A DNA stretch of 64,000 nt from assembly GCA_964035545.1 (NCBI GenBank), contig OZ037766.1, forward strand, positions 18,834,567 to 18,898,566, in the 5' to 3' direction. Position 1 is the first letter of the stretch. Each line of letters begins with the position of its first letter. Positions 56,801 through 64,000 of this stretch are shown piece after piece. A model generated the notes under the pieces. That model was not told the origin of the DNA, made no database searches, and worked only from the letters and a program-made list of their open reading frames with translations. Position numbers and translations under genes: made by a program. Source of the DNA: Bugula neritina. Lineage: Eukaryota; Animalia; Bryozoa.

Positions 56801-57610
56801 AAGTATATTTTAGTATGTTGCAGTGTAATTCAGTATGTTGTCGTATGTTTTAGTATTTTACAGTACATTTCTGTATATTGCAGTATACATCAGTGTGTTG
56901 CAGTGTACTTCAGTATGTTGCGGTGTGTTTCAATGTGTTACAGTATATTTCAGTAGTTTACCATATATTTTGGTATGTTGCAGTATATTTCAATGTGGTG
57001 CACTGTATTTCAATATGTTACTGTGTATTTGAGTATGTTGTAGTATGTTGCATTGTATTTCAGTATGTTGCAGTGTATTTCAGTATGTTGCAGTATGTTG
57101 CAGTGTATTTCAGTATGTTACAGCGTATTTCAGTATGTTGGAGTATCTTGCAGTATATTTCAGTATGTTGCAGTATATTTCAGTATGTTGCAGTATGTTT
57201 TAGTACTTTACAGTTCATTTCTGTATATTACAGTATACATCAGTATGTTGCAGAGTCCTTCAGTATGTTGCGGTGTTTTTCAATGTGTTACAGTATATTT
57301 CAGTAGTTTACCATACATTTCGGTATGTTGCAGTATATTTCAATGTGGTGCACTGTATTTCAATATGTTACTGTGTACTTCAGTATGTTGTAGTATGTTG
57401 CAGCGTATTTCAGTATGTTGCAGTGTATTTCAGTATGTTGCAGTATGTTCTAGTATATTTCAGTATGTTACAGAGTATTTCAGTATGTTGCAGTGTTGTT
57501 CAATTTGTTACAGTACATTTCAGTATATTACCGTAAATTTAAGTATGTTAAAGTTTATTCCGATGTGTTGCAGTGTATTTCAGTATGTGACAGTGTATTT
57601 CAGTACGTAC

Positions 57611-60600
57611 TAGGCACTTTTAGCACATTTAGGCACTTTTAGGTTCTTTTAGGCACTTTCCAGCACATTTGGGCACTTTTAGCACATTTAGGCACATTTA
57701 GGCACTTTTTAGCACATTTAGGCACTCTTTAGCACATTTGGGCACTTTTCAGCACATTTAGGCACTTTTTAGCACATTTGGGCACTTTTCAGCACATTTA
57801 GGCGCTTTTAGCACATTTAAGCACTTTTTAGCACATTTATGCACTTTTAGCACATTTAGGCACATTTAGGCACTGTTTAGCACATTTAGGCACTTCTAGG
57901 CACTTTCCAGCACATTTGGGCACTTTTAGCACATTTAGGCACATTTAGGAACTTTTTAGCACATTTGGGCCTTTTTTAGCACATTTAGGCACTTTTTAGC
58001 ACATTTGGGCACTTTTTAGCACATTTAGGCACTTTTTAGCACATTTGGGCACTTTTTGGCACATTTAGGCGCTTTTAGCACATTTAAGCACTTTTTAGCA
58101 CTTTTAGGCACTTTTTAGCGCATTTAGGCACTTTCAGCACATTTAGGCACATTTAGGCACTTTTTAGCACATTTGGGCACTTTCCAGCACATTTAGGCAC
58201 TTTTAGCACATTTAGGCACATTTAGGCACTGTTTAGCACATTTAGGCACTTTTATGCACTTTCCAGCACATTTGGGCACTTTTAGCACATTTGAGCAATT
58301 TTTAGCACATTTGGGCACTGTTTAGCACATTTTGGCACTTTTTAGCTCATTTGGGCACTTTTCAGCACATTTAGGCGCTTTTAGCACATTTGGGCACATT
58401 TAGGCACTTTTTAGCACATTTGGGCACTTTTAGCACATTTAGGCACTTTTTAGCACATTTGGGCACTTTTCAGCACATTTAAGCACTTTTAGCACATTTA
58501 GGCAGATTTAGGCACTGTTTAGCACATTTAGGCACTTTTATTCACTTTTAGGCACTTTCCAGCACATTTGGGCACTTTTAGCACATTTAGGCACATTAGG
58601 CACTTTTTAGCACATTTAGGCACTTTTCAGCACATTTAGGCACTTTTAGCACATGTAGGCACATTTAGGCACTTTTTAGCACATTTTGGCACTTACCAGC
58701 ACATTTAGGCGCTTTTAGGACATTTAGGCACATTTAGGCACTTTTTAGCACATTTAGGCACTTTTAGGCACTTTTCAGCACATTTCGGCACTTTTAGCAC
58801 ATTTAGGCACATTTAGGCACTTTTCAGCACATTTAGGCACTTTTTAGAACATTTAGGCCCTTTTCAGCACATTTAGGCACTTTTAGCACATTTAGGCACA
58901 TTTAGGCACTGTTCAGCACATTCAGGCACTTTTAGGCACTTTCCAGCACATTTGGGCACTTTTAGCACATTTAGGCACATATAGGCACTTTTTAGCACAT
59001 TTAGGCACTTTTCAGCACATTTAGACCCTTCCCAGCACATTTAGGCACTTTTAGACACTTTTTAGCACATTTTGGCACTTTTCAGCACATTTAGGCATTT
59101 TTTAGCACATTTAGGCACTTTTTAGCACATTTAGGCACTTTTTAGCAGATTCATGCACTTTTAGCACATTTAGGCACTTTTTAGCACATTTAGGCACTTT
59201 TCAGCACATTTAAGCACTTTTTGAACATTTAGGCACATTTAGGCACTTTTTAGCACATTTGGGCAGTTTTCAGCACATTTTGGCGCTTTTAGCACATTTG
59301 AGCACTTTTTAGCACATTTAGGCACTTTTAGCACATTTAGGCACTTTTAGGCACTTTCCAGCACATTTAGGCACTTTTAGCACGTTAAGGCACATTTACG
59401 CGCTTTTTAGCACATTTGGGCATTTTTAGCACATTGAGGCATTTTTTAGCCTATTTGGGCATTTTTTAGCACATTTAGGCACATTTAGGCACTTTTTAGC
59501 ACATTTCGGCACATTTAGGTTCTGTTTAGCACATTTAGGCACTTTTAGGCACTTTCCAGCACATTTGGGCACTTTTAGCTCATTTGAGCACTTTTTAGCA
59601 CATTTGGGCACTGTTTAGCACATTTAGGCACTTTTTAGCACATTTAGGCACTGTTTAGCACATTTAGGCACTTTTAGGCACTTTCCAGCACATTTGGGCA
59701 CTTTTAGCACATTTAAGCACATTTAGGAACTTTTTAGCACATTTGGGCCTTTTTTAGCACATTTAGGCACTTTTTAGCACACTTGGGCACTTTCCAACAC
59801 ATTTAGGCAGTTTTAGCACATTTAGGCACTTTCTAGCACATTTAGGCACTTTTAGGCACTTTCCAGCACATTTGGGCACTTTTAGCACATTTAGGCTTAT
59901 TTAGGCACTTTTTAGCACATTTGGGCACTTTTTAGCACATTTAGGCACTTTTTAGCACATTTGGGCACTTCAGCACATTTAGGCGCTTTTAGCACTTTTC
60001 GGCACATTTCGGCACTTTTTAGCACATTTAGGCACTTTCTAGCACATTTAGGCACTTTTCAGCACATTTAGGCACTTTTAGCACATTTAGGCACTTTTTA
60101 GCACATTTGGGCCTTTTTTAGCACATTTAGGCACTTTTTAGCACATTTGGCCACTTTTAGCACATTTAGGCACTTTTTAGCACATTTGGGCACTTTTTAG
60201 CACATTTTAGGCGCTTTTAGCACATTTAAGCACTTTTTAGCACTTTTAGGCACTTTTAGCGCATTTAGGCACTTTCAGCACATTTAGGCACATTTAGGCA
60301 CTTTTTAGCACATTTGAGCACTTTCCAGCACATTTAGGCACTTTTAGCACATTTAGGCACATTTAGGCACTGTTTAGCACATTTAGGCACTTTCATGCAC
60401 TTTCCAGCACATTTGGGCACTTTTAGCACATTTGAGCATTTTTAGCACATTTGGGCACTGGTTAGCACATTTTGGCACTTTTTAGCTCATTTGGGCACTT
60501 TTCAGCACATTTAGGCGCTTTTAGCACATTTGGGCACATTTAGGCACTTTTTAGCACATTTGGGCACTTTTAGCACATTTAGGCACTTTTTAGCACATTT

Positions 60601-63600
60601 GGGCACTTTTCAGCACATTTAAGCACTTTTAGCACATTTAGGCAGATTTAGGCACTGTTTAGCACATTTAGGCACTTTTATTCACTTTTAGGCACTTTCC
60701 AGCACATTTGGGCACTTTTAGCACATTTAGGCACATTTAGGCACTTTTTAGCACATTTAGGCACTTTTCAGCACATTTAGGCACTTTTAGCACATGTAGG
60801 CACATTTAGGCACTTTTTAGCACATTTTGGCATTTACCAGCACAATTAGGCGCTTTTAGGACATTTAGGCACATTTAGGCACTTTTTAGCACATTTAGGC
60901 ACTTTTAGGCACTTTTCAGCACATTTCGGCACTTTTAGCACATTTAGGCACATTTAGGCACTTTTCAGCACATTTAGGCACTTTTTAGAACATTTAGGCC
61001 CTTTTCAGCACATTTAGGCACTTTTAGCACATTTAGGCACATTTAGGCACTGTTTAGCACATTCAGGCACTTTTAGGCACTTTTCAGCACATTTGGGCAC
61101 TTTTAGCACATTTAGGCACATATAGGCACTTTTTAGCACATTTAGGCACTTTTCAGCACATTTAGACCCTTCTCAGCACATTTAGGCACTTTTAGACACT
61201 TTTTAGCACATTTTGGCACTTTTCAGCACATTTAGGCATTTTTTAGCACATTTAGGCACTTTTTAGCACATTTAGGCACTTTTTAGCAGATTCAAGCACT
61301 TTAGCACATTTAGGCACTTTTTAGCACATTTAGGCACTTTTCAGCACATTTAAGCACTTTTTGAACATTTAGGCACATTTAGGCACTTTTTAGCACATTT
61401 GGGCAGTTTTCAGCACATTTTGGCGCTTTTAGCACATTTGAGCACTTTTTAGCACATTTAGGCACTTTTAGCACATTTAGGCACTTTTAGGCACTTTCCA
61501 GCACATTTAGGCACTTTAGCACGTTAAGGCACATTTACGCGCTTTTTAGCACATTTGGGCATTTTTAGCACATTGAGGCATTTTTTAGCCTATTTGGGCA
61601 TTTTTTAGCACATTTAGGCACTTTCAGCACATTTAGGCACATTTAGGCACTTTTTAGCACATTTGGGCACTTTCCAGCACATTTAGGCACTTTTAGCACA
61701 TTTAGGCACATTTAGGCTCTGTTTAGCACATTTAGGCACTTTTAGGCACTTTCCAGCACATTTGGGCACTTTTAGCACATTTGAGCACTTTTTAGCACAT
61801 TTAGGCACATTTAGGCACTGTTTAGTACATTTAGGCACTTTTAGGCACTTTCCAGCACATTTGGGCACTTTTAGCACATTTAGGAACTTTTTAGCACATT
61901 TGGGCCTTTTTTAGCACATTTAGGCACTTTTTAGCACACTTGGGCACTTTCCAGCACATTTAGGCAGTTTTAGCACATTTAGGCACTTTCTAGCACATTT
62001 AGGCACTTTTAGGCACTTTCCAGCACATTTGGGCACTTTTAGCACATTTAGGCTTATTTAGGCACTTTTTAGCACATTTGGGCACTTTTTAGCACATTTA
62101 GGCACTTTTTAGCACATTTGGGCATTTTTTAGCACATTTAGGCGCTTTTAGCACATTTAAGCACATTTTAGCACTTTTAGGCACTTTTTAGCGCATTTAG
62201 GCACTTTCAGCACATTTAGGCACATTTAGGCACTTTTTAGCACATTTGGGCACTTTCCAGCACATTTAGGCACTTTTAGCACATTTAGGCATATTTAGGC
62301 ACTGTTTAGCACATTTAGGCACTTTTAGGCACTTTCCAGCACATTTGGGCATTTTTAGCACATTTGAGCACTTTTTAGCACATTTGGGCACTGTTTAGCA
62401 CATTTAGGCACTTTTTAGCTCATTTGGGCACTTTTCAGCACATTTAGGCGCTTTTAGCACATTTAGGCACATTTAGGCACTTTTTAGCACATTTGGGCAC
62501 TTTTAGCACATTTAGGCACTTTTTAGCACATTTGGGCACTTTTCAGCACATTTAAGCACTTTTAGCACATTTAGGCAGATTTAGGCACTGTTTAGCACAT
62601 TTAGGCACTTTTATTCACTTTTAGGCACTTTCCAGCACGTTTGGGCACTTTTAGCACATTTAGGCACATTTAGGCACTTTTTAGCTCATTTAGGCACTTT
62701 TCAGCACATTTAGGCACTTTTAGCACATTTAGGCACATTTAGGCACTTTTTAGCACATTTTGGCACTTTCCAGCACATTTAGGCGCTTTTAGCACATTTA
62801 GGCACATTTAGGCCTTTTTTAGCACATTTAGGCACTTTTAGGCACTTTTCAGCACATTTCGGCACTTTTAGCACATTTAGGCACATTTAGGCACTTTTCA
62901 GCACATTTAGGCACTTTTTAGCACATTTAGGCCCTTTTCAGCACATTTAGGCACTTTTAGCACATTTAGGCACATTTAGGCACATTTAGGCACTTTTAGG
63001 CACTTTTTAGCGCATTTAGGCACTTTCAGCACATTAAGCACATTTAGGCACTTTTCAGCACATTTAGGCGCTTTTAGCACATTTAAGCACATTTAGGCAC
63101 TTTTTAGAATATTTAGGCACTTTTTAGCACATTTGGGCACTTTCCAGCACGTTTAGGCACATTTAGGCACATTTAGGCACTTTTTAGCACATTCAGGCAC
63201 TTTTAGGCGCTTTTCAGCACATTTAGGCACTTTTAGCACATTTGGGCACATTTAGGCACTTTTTAGCACATTTTCGCACTTTTCAGCACATTTGGGAACT
63301 TTTAGCACATTTAGGCACATTTAGGCACTTTTTAGCACATTTAGGCACTTTTCAGCACATTTAGGCACTTTTAGCACATTTAGGCACATTTAGACACTTT
63401 TTAGCACATTTTGGAGCTTTTCAGCACATTTAGGCACTTTTAGCACATTTAGGCACATTTAGGCACTTTTTAGCACATTTAGGCACTTTTAGGCACTTTT
63501 CAGCACATTTAGGCACTTTTAGAACATTTAGGCACATTTAGGCACTTTTCAGCACATTTAGGCACTTTTCAGCACATTTAGACCCTTCTCAGCACATTTA

Positions 63601-64000
63601 GGCACTTTTAGACACTTTTCAGCACATTTTGGCACTTTTCAGCACATTTAGGCATTTTTTAGCACATTTAGGCACTTTTTAGCACATTTAGGCACTTTTT
63701 AGCAGATTCAAGCACTTTTAGCACATTTAGGCACTTTTTAGCACATTTAGGCACTTTTCAGCACATTTAAGCACTTTTTGAACATTTAGGCACATTTAGG
63801 CACTTTTTAGCACATTTGGGCAGTTTTCAGCACATTTTGGCGCTTTTAGCACATTTGAGCACTTTTTAGCACATTTAGGCACTTTTAGCACATTTAGGCA
63901 CTTTTAGGCACTTTCCAGCACATTTAGGCACTTTTAGCACGTTAAGGCACATTTACGCGCTTTTTAGCACATTTGGGCATTTTTAGCACATTGAGCATTT
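57611..64000 (+). repeat. Satellite B: 10-bp monomers GCACATTTRG and GCACTTTTYA (20-bp dimer with frequent 19-bp variants), about 2.14-kb higher-order repeat
   Basis: Periodicity is clear, e.g. 57721-57800. Rare markers recur: CACGTTAAGG at 59381/61520/63938, TTAGACCC at 59021/61162/63578, GGCAGATTT at 58501/60641/62574, TTGAACATTT at 59221/61361/63778. Runs off the right edge. Confidence 0.99.

Larger units (their letters stand above)
41017..57605 (+). repeat. Satellite A, right arm (same orientation, resumes exactly where interrupted)
   Basis: Resumes with TATTTCGGTATGTTGCAGTATATTTCAATGTGGTGCACTG, the usual continuation after AGTTACCATA in other copies. Ends at CAGTA (57601-57605). Confidence 0.99.

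Noticed and set aside
1-57613. Hundreds of overlapping Cys/Tyr/Val/Ser/Gln-rich ORFs (MLQCISVCCSVFQYVAVYFS...), up to 317 aa
   Set aside because: The consensus monomers have no stop codons on +, and a 10-bp unit cycles through all three frames, giving the same peptide in each. Frameshifts and stops are freely tolerated. These are satellite artefacts, not metallothionein-like or membrane proteins.
59426-61877. Minus-strand Lys-rich ORFs (KVPKCAKKCLN...) resembling histone H1 or protamine-like repeats
   Set aside because: Direct translation of satellite B with constant T-run frameshifts and no unique sequence.
1-64000. CRISPR array or other repeat-spacer system
   Set aside because: No unique spacers between constant repeats and no cas or other genes; the variation is point mutation of 10-bp monomers.

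Overview
This 64-kb window is almost entirely tandem satellite DNA typical of eukaryotic heterochromatin; I cannot identify the species. I find no supportable protein-coding gene: the roughly 400 ORFs in the track are read-throughs of 10-bp repeats. Satellite A (10-bp monomers CAGTATGTTR and CAGTRTATTT, mostly alternating as a 20-mer, one orientation throughout) fills 1-38452 and 41017-57605. It is a mosaic of nested in-register duplications: tandem units of 0.35, 0.82, 1.35, 3.0 and 4.85 kb, plus a block of about 12 kb repeated about 36.8 kb away. One 2564-bp non-autonomous DNA transposon (38453-41016) interrupts it, with perfect 19-bp TIRs, patchy subterminal inverted repeats of about 165 bp and a TA target duplication. 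This element carries a degenerate tRNA-like unit on the minus strand with A box, B box and T9 terminator (39349-39429). At 57602-57611 satellite A switches abruptly, across the palindrome AGTACGTACT, to satellite B (GCACATTTAG + GCACTTTTTA, also 10+10 bp, about 2.14-kb higher-order repeat), which runs to the window end. The best novelty candidates are the transposon with its Pol III-type cassette and the junction of two different satellites sharing the same 10/20-bp architecture. Offsets were read by eye from marker variants and the ORF track, so duplication boundaries are approximate.
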